Assembly: GCA_963829055.1 (NCBI GenBank) | Contig: CAWHHI010000020.1 | Span: forward strand, 32,001 to 96,000 | From: an uncultured Gemmatimonadaceae bacterium | GTDB lineage: Bacteria; Gemmatimonadota; Gemmatimonadetes; Gemmatimonadales; Gemmatimonadaceae | Length of the DNA stretch: 64,000 bases | Direction of reading: 5' to 3' | Shown: piece after piece, positions 18,903 through 28,471 of the stretch | How positions within the stretch are numbered: position 1 is the stretch's first letter | Layout of the letters: every line of letters starts with the position of its first letter | Notes under the pieces: generated by a model | The model's database searches: none | The model's input: only the letters and a program-made list of their open reading frames with translations | Told to the model about the DNA's origin: nothing | Program-made: the position numbers and the translations under genes

Positions 18903-21410
18903 ATGAACTCCGTCCTCGTGCAGCTTCGCCTCGCCAGTCGGCGCCTCGGGCGCGCGCCCGCGTTCGCGCTCGCCGCCGTGCTCACGCTCACGCTCGGCAT
19001 CGGTGCGACGACCGCGGTGTTCAGCGTCATCAATGGTGTGCTGCTGCAGCCGCTGCCGTATGTGCGGCCCGAGCGACTCGTCGATCTGTCACACACGATC
19101 ACGATTTCCGGCGCGTCTCGCATCGAGCAGTCCGACGCGACGTATCTCTACTACCGGCGAGCGAACCACGCCTTCAGTGGCATCGCGGCCTATCGCGTTG
19201 CCGACGTGAACGTCGGCAGCTTGAGTGCCACCGCCGGTGGCACCGCAGGCGATGACAATCGCGCGGAACGCGTCGCCGCCGGACGTGTGAGCGCGACCCT
19301 GTTCGGCGTGTTAGGCGTGCCGGCGCTCCGCGGCCGAGCGCTCACGGACGACGACGATCGCCCAGGCGCTCCGCCAGTCGTCGTACTCGGCCAGCGCCTG
19401 TGGGAGCGCAAATTCGGCGGCGATCCGGCGGTCGTCGGACGCCGGCTTCAGATCGACGGCGTGTCGCGCGAAGTCGTCGGTGTGATGCCAGCCCGCTTTC
19501 GACTCCCGACGGCGAAGAGCGACCTGTGGGTGCCGCTCGGCATCGATCCGGCGAACACCGCATCGGCCGCGTTCGACTACCGCGGCGTCGCGCGCCTCCG
19601 AGACGGTGTGTCGCTCCAGGCCGCGGCGGCTGATCTGCAGCGGCTGCTCCCCGAAGTTCCCGTGGCCTTTCCTGGCCGTCTGACCGTGTCCTCGATCTCG
19701 CAGATTCGCATGCAGGCCGTGGTCACGCCGCTCCGCGACGTCGTCGTCGGCGATGTCGGCCGCGTGCTGTGGGTGGTGCTCGGCGCTGTGGGGTGCGTGC
19801 TGCTCGTCGCGTGTGCAAACGTCATGAACCTGTTTCTCGTGCGGGCGGAAGGCCGGCAACACGAGGTCGCGGTGCGGCGGGCGTTAGGCGCCGGGCGCTG
19901 GGCGCTCGTCATGGAGTTCATGTCCGAAGGAATCGTGCTGGCGGCGATCGGTGGCACGCTCGCGATCGGGCTCGCGGCTGTCGGCGTGCGCGTCCTGCGG
20001 TCGCTCGAGGGCGCGATCGACATCCCGCGCGTGGGCGACGTCGGCATCGATGGCGCTGTGCTCGCGGTGGCGGGCGGCGTGACGATCCTGGCCGCGTTGC
20101 TCGTGAGCGCGCTCCCGTCACTCAGATCGGCCTCCGTCGCGCCCGCGGGATTGCTGAGCGACGCTGGTCGCTCGACCACCGCCGGGCGGAGACGCCATCA
20201 CGTTAGGCACGGCCTCGTCGTCGCCCAGTTGGCGCTCGCGCTCGTGTTGCTCGCCGGCGCCGGACTCATGGCGCGGAGCTTCGCCAGTCTGCGCGCTGTC
20301 CCTGCAGGATTCGACGCGACGAACGCCTTCACCGTGCGAGTCGCGCTGCCGAGATCGAACTATTCCGCGCCGGGCGCGGCGGCGCGCTACATCATCCGCG
20401 CCACCGACGAGATCGCGGCACTCCCGGGCGTGCAGGGCGTGGGCGTCGCGACCAAGCTGCCTCTCGTGGCCGAAGCGAGGCAGGATACCGCGGCATTCGT
20501 GGAGGGTCGACCGCTGGCGCCGGGCACGATGCCCGCGTTGCATCAGGTCGTGTTCGCGAGCCCCGGCTACTTCCGCGCCCTGGGAGTGCCGCTCATCGCG
20601 GGACGCGCGTTCGAGCGTCCGGATCCAGAGCGCGCCGTTCGCGAGGTGATCGTGAGCCGCTCGGTGGCTGATCGCTACTGGCGTGGCGAAGCAGCGATCG
20701 GCAAGCGGCTGCGGTTGGCGCCTGTGGGGGATTTGTACACGGTCGTTGGAGTCGCCGGTGACGTGCGCGGCACGGCGCTCGATCAGCCGCCGGACGAGAT
20801 CATCTACGTTCCGCTCGTCGTCGCGTTAGGCGCGAGCCGCCCCGGTGTTCCGGACACACGGTGGACGCCGCGAGAAGTTGCGTTCGTCGTGCGCACCGAC
20901 CGCGACGTGGCGACGATCGCACCGCGTGTCGAAGCGGCGGTGCGTGCGATCGACCCGAGCGTCCCGACGTACGGTGCACGCGCGGTGACGGAGATCGTCG
21001 CCCAGGCGTCGGCACGGACGTCGTTCACGCTCGTGCTCCTCGGTATCGCGTCGACGCTGGCGCTGGTGCTCGGTGCCGTGGGGATCTATGGGGTGATCTC
21101 GTACGTGGTGAGTCTCCGGACACGCGAGATCGCGATCCGGATGGCGTTAGGCGCTCGACCTCAGGACGTTCGGCGCATGGTCTCGCGGCAGGCGGCGTCG
21201 GTGGCAGCCGTCGGAATCGTAGTGGGCCTGGTTGGTGCGCTGGCGCTCATGCGTCTGCTGCGCGCGCTGCTGTTCGGGGTGAGTCCGACGGATCCGGTGG
21301 CACTCGCGGGGGCTGCTGTGTTGCTGATCGCCGTCAGTGCGGCGGCGAGTTGGATCCCGGCGCGCCGAGCGGCGAGCCTGGATCCGGCGCAGGCGCTGCG
21401 GGCGGAATGA
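18903..21410 (+). CDS. ABC transporter permease, ADOP/MacB-type duplicated permease
   Basis: TLTLGIGATTAVFSV, LLVACANVMNL, EVAVRRALGA, RTREIAIRMALGA, PARRAASLDPAQALRAE. Confidence 0.93.
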   Translation: MNSVLVQLRLASRRLGRAPAFALAAVLTLTLGIGATTAVFSVINGVLLQPLPYVRPERLVDLSHTITISGASRIEQSDATYLYYRRANHAFSGIAAYRVADVNVGSLSATAGGTAGDDNRAERVAAGRVSATLFGVLGVPALRGRALTDDDDRPGAPPVVVLGQRLWERKFGGDPAVVGRRLQIDGVSREVVGVMPARFRLPTAKSDLWVPLGIDPANTASAAFDYRGVARLRDGVSLQAAAADLQRLLPEVPVAFPGRLTVSSISQIRMQAVVTPLRDVVVGDVGRVLWVVLGAVGCVLLVACANVMNLFLVRAEGRQHEVAVRRALGAGRWALVMEFMSEGIVLAAIGGTLAIGLAAVGVRVLRSLEGAIDIPRVGDVGIDGAVLAVAGGVTILAALLVSALPSLRSASVAPAGLLSDAGRSTTAGRRRHHVRHGLVVAQLALALVLLAGAGLMARSFASLRAVPAGFDATNAFTVRVALPRSNYSAPGAAARYIIRATDEIAALPGVQGVGVATKLPLVAEARQDTAAFVEGRPLAPGTMPALHQVVFASPGYFRALGVPLIAGRAFERPDPERAVREVIVSRSVADRYWRGEAAIGKRLRLAPVGDLYTVVGVAGDVRGTALDQPPDEIIYVPLVVALGASRPGVPDTRWTPREVAFVVRTDRDVATIAPRVEAAVRAIDPSVPTYGARAVTEIVAQASARTSFTLVLLGIASTLALVLGAVGIYGVISYVVSLRTREIAIRMALGARPQDVRRMVSRQAASVAAVGIVVGLVGALALMRLLRALLFGVSPTDPVALAGAAVLLIAVSAAASWIPARRAASLDPAQALRAE

Positions 21411-21419
21411 GGCCAGATA

Positions 21420-21595
21420 GGCCGTAGGAAGGAGGCCTTAGGAAGGAGGGAGCAGCGGCGTGTCATCCCGAGCGTCAGCGAGGGATCTTCTCGAGACGTC
21501 ATCGTGGCCAGTCCGGCTACGATGCCATCACAGCAGGTCCCTCCATTCGTCGCTGCGCTCCTCAGGGCAGGCTCTGGCGCTCCTCAGGCTGACAC
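21420..21595. repeat. Family 2A composite REP element
   Basis: TGTCATCCCGAGCG..AGGGATCT...AGGTCCCT..CTCCTCAGGCTGACAC. Much of it is a near reverse complement of 32464-32670. Confidence 0.8.
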
Positions 21596-21641
21596 GCCGT
21601 TTGAGCTGATGGCCGATGGCCGATGGCTGGTAGCTGCAGTT

Positions 21642-23464
21642 TTAGAATCCGGGCGGGTGCTCGCCGGCCACATTGAACGATCGCTCCATCGCGAGCCCCA
21701 CGCGCGCGATCGTTCCCTCGTCGAACATGCGGCCGATCAGCGTCACCCCGTGCGGCACGCGACGCGGCGGGTTGAACTTCGGCAGCGGATTCGCCGGATC
21801 GGGGGCCCAGTCGCTCCGTGCCTCGCCGACCTCGACGAACCCCGCCCGCAGCGTCAGCGACGGATGCCCGGTGAAGTTCGTGACCGTGAGGATCTCGTCG
21901 CGCAGTGATGGCACGAGCATGAGGTCGACCTGCGACATCATGCGCTGCATTTCCATCGCGAACTTCCGTCGCAGGCGATCCCCCTGCACGAAGTCGACCG
22001 CCGAGAGGAACCGCGCCTCGCGGAACAGGTTCGGCCACGCGTCAGGCACCTGGACCTTGAGCTGATCGTCCTGGCCACTCAGCGTCAGCTCCTCGAACGC
22101 CGCCGCGGCCTCGGCGAAGAGGACGGGCATGAGCGAGCTGTGCGGCCAGTTCGGCCAGCGTCAGCTCCATCGGCGACATGCCTAACGTCTTGACTCGATC
22201 GAGCGCGGCGCGATCGACATCCGTGGCCGGCGCCTCCTTCATCCACACCGGGAAGTAGCCCACCTTGAGACCGGCGACCGATCCGCCCGCATCGAAATCC
22301 AGATGGCTCGGCACACTCGCCACGTCGCCGGCATCCGGGCCCGTGATCGCCTGCAGCACGAGCATCGCGTCCTCGACGCTGCGCGTCATGGGCCCGAGCT
22401 TGTCGAGCGACCAGCACAGCGTCATCGCGCCGGTGCGCGGAACGCGACCGTACGTCGGACGCAAGCCGGTGACGCCACAGCGCATCGCCGGCGCGACGAT
22501 GCTGCCGCCCGGTCTCGCTGCCGATCGAGAAGCCGACGAGCCCCGCGGCCGTTGCGGCGCCCGGGCCAGCGCTCGATCCGGACGCGCCCTCCTCGAGCAG
22601 CCACGGGTTCATCGTCTGACCGCCGAACCAGATGTCGTTGAGCGCCAGCGCGCCCAGGCTCAGCTTCGCGATGAGCACCGCGCCGGCATCGGTGAGTCGC
22701 TTGACGACGGCACTGTCGGCGTTAGGCACGCGATTGCGGTACGGCTCGGCGCCCCACGTCGTGGGAATCCCGGCGGTGTCGAGCAGATCCTTCACGCCGA
22801 ACGGAATGCCATGCAGCGGACCTCGATACTTTCCAGCCGCGATCTCCGCGTCGGCCTGCTTCGCTTTCGCGAGTGCCTGCTCGCGTGTGAGCGTGATGAT
22901 GCAGCGGATCTTCGGATCGAGCCGCTCGATACGTGCGAGGTAGATCCCCGTGAGTCGTTCGGACGTGAGCTTTCGGCTCTGAATCCATCGAGAGAGCCGG
23001 GTGACGGGTGCGAACGCGATCTCGTCGTCGGTCGCGGGGAGTGGCCCAGCGATCGGCGGCTGACCGCACGAACCGATCGCGCTGGTGGTCAGCGTTAGGC
23101 CCGGCAGCATCGGATCCCACACCGTCGCCGGCGCGAGCTCGGGCTCGAGCGCGACCTTTCTCGGACCCGTGCGACGCTCCAGCATCGGCGCCATCGCCCG
23201 CCGCCAACTGCCGACGGCCATCGCGCGCTCGGCCTCCGTCATCGTCACCTGCATCAGCTTCTCGGCCTCGGCGAACGTCGTCGCGGTGACCTCGGGGCCG
23301 GCGGCGGGTGCGGTGTTGAACGCGACGGGCGCGCCGGGCGTCGTCGGCGTCCCTGACGGCGTCGCGGGAGACTGCTTGGCGGTCTCGCCTTCACCACGAC
23401 AGGCGGCGACGGCGCCGAGTACCCCGAGCGGGGCGCGGATGAGGAATTGTCTGCGAGTGTTCAC
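21642..23464 (-). CDS. Amidase signature family protein with Tat signal (frameshifts near 22510 and 22145)
   Basis: TRRQFL, GPLHGIPFGVKD, GASGSSAG, IGSETG, GLRPTYGRVPR, NFTGHPS. Confidence 0.88.
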
Positions 23465-23558
23465 GGCGGCTCCGAGAGTGGACGTCGAACGGCGCGACGA
23501 ATCTATCGAGCCGCTGCTCGTCGCCGTGAGCAGTCACGCTCGTGCACGCTCGGCGTGC

Positions 23559-23588
23559 GTTGGGGTCAGACTCGAGTCTGACCCCAAC
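23559..23588. repeat. REP palindrome (family 1)
   Basis: GTTGGGGTCAGACTC|GAGTCTGACCCCAAC, perfect 30 bp, overlapping the stop codon of the LLM gene. Confidence 0.9.
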
Positions 23589-24573
23589 TCCGCGCACGAC
23601 TCGCCTCCATCGCGAGCTCGTACGACGCCAGCCGCGCCGCATGATCGAAGATCTGCGACGCGACCATCAGCTCATCCGCGCCTGTGCGCGCGACGATCTC
23701 GTCCAGACCTGCTCGCACCTGGTCGCGCGTGCCCACGACGCTGTACGACAGCATGTCGTCGAGCATCGCCCGCTCGAACGGCGCGAGCGACTGCTCGAAT
23801 CCATCCGCTGGTGGCTTGAGCGGACCCGGACGACCGCGACGCAGGTTGATGAACGCCTGCTGCAACGACGTAAATAGCCGGCGCGCCTCCGCCTCCGACT
23901 CGGCCGCGAAGACGTTGACCCCGAGCATCGCGTACGGCTGCTCCAACTGCGGCGACGGCCGGAATTGCGTGCGGTACACATCGAGCGCTTGCTCGAGCAT
24001 CGCCGGCGCGAAGTGCGACGCGAACGCGAATGGCAGGCCGAGCGCGGCCGCCAACTGTGCGCCGAACAGGCTCGAGCCAAGGATCCAGATCGGCACCTCG
24101 AGGCCGGCGCCGGGCACCGCTCGCACCGCTTGCCCCGGCTCCGCCGGCCGGAAGTACGCCATGAGCTCGAGAACGTCCTGCGGAAATGTGTCGCCAGCGG
24201 CCGGTGAACGCCGCAGGGCTCGCGCGGTGATCTGATCTGACCCAGGTGCACGGCCGAGCCCGAGGTCGATCCTGCCAGGATAGAGTGAGGCCAGCGTGCC
24301 GAACTGTTCGGCGATGACGAGCGGCGGGTGGTTAGGCAGCATGATGCCACCGGCGCCGACTCTGATGGTCGACGTTCCTCCGGCGACGTAACCGATGAGC
24401 ACGGACGTCGCCGCGCTCGCCACGCTCGGAATGTTGTGATGCTCCGCCAGCCAGAACCGGCGGTAGCCCAGCCGTTCCGCGTGACGCGCGAGGTCGAGAC
24501 TGTTCCGGAATGAAGCGGCCGCGTCGCCACCCTCGACGATCGGGGCGAGGTCGAGCACTGACAGCGGAATCAT
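23566..24573 (-). CDS. LLM class flavin-dependent oxidoreductase (luciferase-like)
   Basis: [45 protein letters not shown]. Confidence 0.93.
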   Translation of the reverse strand: MIPLSVLDLAPIVEGGDAAASFRNSLDLARHAERLGYRRFWLAEHHNIPSVASAATSVLIGYVAGGTSTIRVGAGGIMLPNHPPLVIAEQFGTLASLYPGRIDLGLGRAPGSDQITARALRRSPAAGDTFPQDVLELMAYFRPAEPGQAVRAVPGAGLEVPIWILGSSLFGAQLAAALGLPFAFASHFAPAMLEQALDVYRTQFRPSPQLEQPYAMLGVNVFAAESEAEARRLFTSLQQAFINLRRGRPGPLKPPADGFEQSLAPFERAMLDDMLSYSVVGTRDQVRAGLDEIVARTGADELMVASQIFDHAARLASYELAMEASRARSWGQTRV

Positions 24574-24740
24574 GGTGATACCGTCGTTCGCGTTAGGTAG
24601 CGTGGGGTTGCACGTCGCACCAGGGAACGGCGAACGCAGCGATCATTCCAGACGCCTGCATGCGGTCCGATCCGTACCGACGTCCGCCGGGTGAGCGGTG
24701 GCTCATGCGGCAGGGAACCAGACCGTCTCTGGTGCGGAAT

Positions 24741-24830
24741 CGTCACCCGAGCCGCAGCGAGGGATCTTTTGAAGTCATGTAGCCAGTCGGCCACAAGACT
24801 CAGAAGGTCCCTCGCTGCCGCTCGGATGAC
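24741..24830. repeat. REP-like element, family 2A (degenerate)
   Basis: GTCACCCGAGCCGCAGCGAGGGATCT...AGGTCCCTCGCTGCCGCTCGGATGAC. Confidence 0.8.
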
Positions 24831-24850
24831 ACTGCGCTATGCATGCGCCC

Positions 24851-25553
24851 TCACCCGTCCAGGCGCCAGAACGCTCCCGTCAAACCCGCCTGCTCGAAGA
24901 TCGCGTGCGCCTCGTCCATCGTCGCACGGCGCCACGTTGACGACAGCCGATTGTGAAACCACGGCTGTGCCAGACGCCATAACGCGTCCAGGCTGAACAC
25001 CGCGCCCACCGGGATCCCCGACGTCGCGCTCCATTGCCTGACGTGCTCCTCCGACCGGAAGAGTCGCATCGTGCTTCACGTGAAGACGATGTCAGCCCAC
25101 CAGCGGGCAGCAGGCACCGCGAAGTGGACCACGGCGTCGGGCTCGTGCGCTCGTTAGGCGACCATCCCGAACCTCGAGGCCGAGCGGCGCAGCACAGTCC
25201 GCACACCGGGTCGCGATCGTGGCGTCCATCGGCCGTCCCGCGCCTGCCAGCATCGCCGGAACACCCACCGCGTCCCAGATGCAGTTCGCGTAGACCGACC
25301 GATCGCCGAGGCGCACCGAGAAGTCGGTGGGCACGCCCGCCAGCGGCGCCGCCATGAGGATGTCGCGCGAGCTCGGCTCGAGCACGATCGCGCGTCCCGC
25401 CGCCAGCCTATCGAACGCCGCCGCAACGTCGTTGTCCCCTAATCCGAGATCACGAGCGACGCTCGCGACCGACGGCGCTCGCCCATCCAGAAAACCGTTC
25501 AGTATGGTTAGGCGCACGCTCGCGTCGAGATCCGTCACGGCACGGTCGCTCAC
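24851..25553 (-). CDS. merB: MerB-like organomercurial lyase, candidate selenoprotein (in-frame UGA 25076-25078, plus a frameshift near 25145)
   Basis: N-terminal HTH-like region, ANCIWDA (Cys/Asp catalytic motif), CADC, then VHFAVPAARWWADIVFT-UGA-STMRLFRSEEHV, continuing in frame to 24851. Confidence 0.75.
25041..25072 (-). promoter_or_regulatory. Bacterial SECIS-like hairpin
   Basis: Starts 12 nt after the UGA: CUCUUCC-GGUC-GGAGGAG stem-loop with a G-initiated loop 19 nt from the UGA. Can be extended by ACG(A)UGC/GCACGU. Confidence 0.65.
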
Positions 25554-27175
25554 TGCACGACCGCCCCGCGCGCCTCGGGCTTCGCCTTCCGCGGCAGCTT
25601 CTCATCGCGCTGCGCCGCCATGAACGCGAACGCGGCGGACACCGTCGCCTGCTGCACGAGGTCCTCGCGCTGGACGCGATCCACGAAGTCCATGTTCGAG
25701 TGATGCGTGCGCGAGTTGTACTCGAGACGCTCCTGCACGAACTGGAAACCGGGCAAGCCAACCGCGTCGAACGACGCATGGTCCGTCGAGCCGACCGCGC
25801 GCGGGCCCAGGATCTCGACACCGAGATCCTTCAACGGCTCGATCCACTGCTCGAAGATCGGACGCGTGCCAAGATTTCCCTGATACCAGATGCCGCGGAT
25901 CTTGCCCGTGCCGTTGTCGAGGTTGAAGTAGGCCGCGAGCTTGTCCCACTCCGGCTTCGTCTGCATGGTCGCCGGGTCGGCGTAGTGCTGCGCGACGTAC
26001 GCGCGCGATCCCATCAGCCCTTCCTCCTCGCCGCCCCAGAGTGCGATGCGGATCGTGCGTCGCGGCTTGATGCCACTCGCCTTGAGAATGCGCATCGCCT
26101 CGATCATCGCGACGCTGCCCGTCGCGTTGTCCGTCGCGCCCGTGGCACCGTGATGCGAGTCGAAGTGGGCGCCGAGCATGACGACTTCGTCCTTCAACTT
26201 CGGGTCAGTCCCCGGAATCTCGGCCACGATGTTGAAGCCGCCCTTCCCTTCCGGCTCGTCGAGGAACTTCGTCTCTACGTGTAGCTCCATCTTGACCGGC
26301 ACGCCACGATCGAGAATGCGCACCATGCGGTTGTAGTGCTCGACGGCGATCGTGATGTTCGGCAATCCCTTGCCGGCGTTCTCATCGCGAGTGCCGCCGG
26401 TGCCGACGAAGATCGTTCCGCCGTCCACGCGCTGCGCCTGCCACGAGAGGTCACTGCCGCCGGCGCTCAGGTCGCTGTCGGCCCCGCGATCGATGAGCGC
26501 GATCGCGCCCTCGCTCTGGTAGAATTGCGCGACGCGCTGCGCGAACTGCTGGCCCTGCGCGAATCCGCCCGGGCCGCCGCGACCGCCACTCGCCTGCGCG
26601 GGGACGGGCGTCGTCTTCGCCTCGGCGACATCGTCGTCGTTCATGCGCAGGACGATGCGGCCGTCGAGCATGCGGACGGCGCGCGCAGGCTGCGTGAGCA
26701 CGATCTTGCCCTGCAGCTTGCCCTTGTACTTGTCGAAGTCCGCGGCGGTGACGATCGGCGCCAGCACGACTTCAGCCTGCACGGTGCCGTTCGTGCTCGA
26801 CGTCCACGACTTCGGAAGTCCGATGATGGGCATGATCTGCGGCTCGATCATGTGCGCGTGGAAGCGCACGAGCTGCCATCCCTTGCCGAACGCCCACGGC
26901 TCCTCGTGAATGTTCGAGAGGCCCCACTCGCCGAACTTCTTCTTGGTCCAGTCCGCCGCCTGACGGATACCGGGGCCACCCGTTAGGCGCGGGCCGTACA
27001 CGTCGGCGATCCACGAGATGTGGTCCATCGCCTGCGATCGCTGCAGTCCCTCATCCTTGATGCGCGCGAGCGTGGCGTAGTCGATCTTCTCCGGATTCGC
27101 GGGGGCGCCGGTCTGCGCCCCGGCGGCGGAGAAGGCGACAACGCAGGAGAAGGCGAAGTAACGGATCGTGTTCAT
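25550..27175 (-). CDS. M28 family metallopeptidase (carboxypeptidase Q-like), secreted
   Basis: YGPRLTG, GAHFDS, GATDNATG, WGGEEEGL, NLDNG, STDH, HHSNMD. Confidence 0.9.
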   Translation of the reverse strand: MNTIRYFAFSCVVAFSAAGAQTGAPANPEKIDYATLARIKDEGLQRSQAMDHISWIADVYGPRLTGGPGIRQAADWTKKKFGEWGLSNIHEEPWAFGKGWQLVRFHAHMIEPQIMPIIGLPKSWTSSTNGTVQAEVVLAPIVTAADFDKYKGKLQGKIVLTQPARAVRMLDGRIVLRMNDDDVAEAKTTPVPAQASGGRGGPGGFAQGQQFAQRVAQFYQSEGAIALIDRGADSDLSAGGSDLSWQAQRVDGGTIFVGTGGTRDENAGKGLPNITIAVEHYNRMVRILDRGVPVKMELHVETKFLDEPEGKGGFNIVAEIPGTDPKLKDEVVMLGAHFDSHHGATGATDNATGSVAMIEAMRILKASGIKPRRTIRIALWGGEEEGLMGSRAYVAQHYADPATMQTKPEWDKLAAYFNLDNGTGKIRGIWYQGNLGTRPIFEQWIEPLKDLGVEILGPRAVGSTDHASFDAVGLPGFQFVQERLEYNSRTHHSNMDFVDRVQREDLVQQATVSAAFAFMAAQRDEKLPRKAKPEARGAVVQ

Positions 27176-28305
27176 CAGCGATCACCGTGAAATGTCTTGT
27201 TGCCGCGAGGTGTTGGCGGCGCCGGCTGCCAGCGACCGGACTCGTAGTCCATCCAGCGCATGAACAGCGCGTCCGAGTAGTCGGCCAGAATCTTCTTGCC
27301 GTCCGGCAGCTTCGCCACCGTCTCGCGCAGTACGTCCGGGTACGAGCCGCGCGCCGCACCGACGAGCGCGATCACGCCATCGTACGCCGCGCGATAGTCC
27401 TTCGCGGTGAACGTGACGGTCTGATCAGCGTACGTGATCCCCGGAAGGTCTTTGAGCGACGCGAGACTGGCGGGCGGAACCGCGTGCAGCCCGGCCTTCA
27501 TTGGCGTTGCCAGCGTCATGATCTTCGCCTTCGAGATGTTGCGCACCGCACGCGCGGCTTTCTCGCGCATCTCGGCGTGCACTTCATCCACCGGACGCAG
27601 CTCTACCGTGGAAGCGCTCGTCGCCTTCTTCGTCACGACGAACTCGACCCACGGCAGGATCTTCAGGTCGTTCTGCAGCCGATCGTCGCCGGAGACGAAG
27701 ATGATCGGCACGCCGACGCGACCCCACGAGTAGCCGACGATCTCGCTCTCCGTGATCGACTTGCCGTTGAGCAGCATGTCCATGCCGAGCGTGATCGTGT
27801 GCGACGCGAAGCCGCGACTCCCGGTCTTCGCGTGCATGGCGACCGCGACCACGGCGTCGTACACGTTAGGCTCCGTGATGTCCACGTACGGATCGAACGC
27901 CTTGTCGCGGATCACCTGCTTGGCGCGCTTGTCGAGCAGGTCGCGCCGCACGTCCGGATCGGGATTGCCGCTCCCGTGCGCGTCGACGACGTCCACCTGC
28001 GTCGCGCCGCCGGCGTAGAGGCCCTCGATCACGGCGTTGATGTCCGCCGCGAGCATCTTCTGCCCCTCGGGATACTTCTCCGGGTGACTGAAGAGGAACG
28101 TGCGCCAGTCGTCCTGGCCGGCGAGTCCCTCCATGTCGTGATACAGGAGAATCCGGACGGGGGCCGCGGGCGGACGTCGGGATGGCGACGGGGAGGCGTG
28201 GGTGCGCGCCGGCTCGAACGCATCACCGAGCGTGGCTGTCGCCGCAGCCGCGATGACGAGCGTGAGGAGGGCGGCAGTGAGGTGTACGACGCGTCGGTTC
28301 GTCAT
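27175..28305 (-). CDS. M55 family D-aminopeptidase (DppA-like), secreted
   Basis: HDMEG, VDAHGSG, AMHAKTG..FASHT, VSGDD. Confidence 0.85.
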   Translation of the reverse strand: MTNRRVVHLTAALLTLVIAAAATATLGDAFEPARTHASPSPSRRPPAAPVRILLYHDMEGLAGQDDWRTFLFSHPEKYPEGQKMLAADINAVIEGLYAGGATQVDVVDAHGSGNPDPDVRRDLLDKRAKQVIRDKAFDPYVDITEPNVYDAVVAVAMHAKTGSRGFASHTITLGMDMLLNGKSITESEIVGYSWGRVGVPIIFVSGDDRLQNDLKILPWVEFVVTKKATSASTVELRPVDEVHAEMREKAARAVRNISKAKIMTLATPMKAGLHAVPPASLASLKDLPGITYADQTVTFTAKDYRAAYDGVIALVGAARGSYPDVLRETVAKLPDGKKILADYSDALFMRWMDYESGRWQPAPPTPRGNKTFHGDR

Positions 28306-28357
28306 GGAGACACAGGAGAAAGTGGATGCGGCACAATACGGCGCGGGGTCCACCGCG

Positions 28358-28418
28358 ACAACCGCGCTGGCCGAGCGTTATCGGGTCATCCGGGAGATCG
28401 GTCAGTCGGGATGGCGAG
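28358..28418 (+). pseudogene. Remnant of a Ser/Thr kinase N-terminus
   Basis: TTALAERYRVIREIGQ(S)G, followed out of frame by ATG GCG (MA). Resembles the start of the 40205 kinase. Confidence 0.5.
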
Positions 28419-28471
28419 CGTTTAGGCAGTCAGCGCAGACGAGTTGCCGGCTCCCTCGCTGCGCGCACCAC

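Noticed and set aside
18903..21410. TTA codons as a bldA-like translational control
   Set aside because: The motif also occurs in non-TTA frames, on the antisense strand and between genes, so the signal is the DNA word rather than the codon.
2641..23588. Palindromic repeats as a CRISPR array
   Set aside because: They are dispersed, lack regular unique spacers, have no cas genes nearby, and are explained by RAYT/REP.
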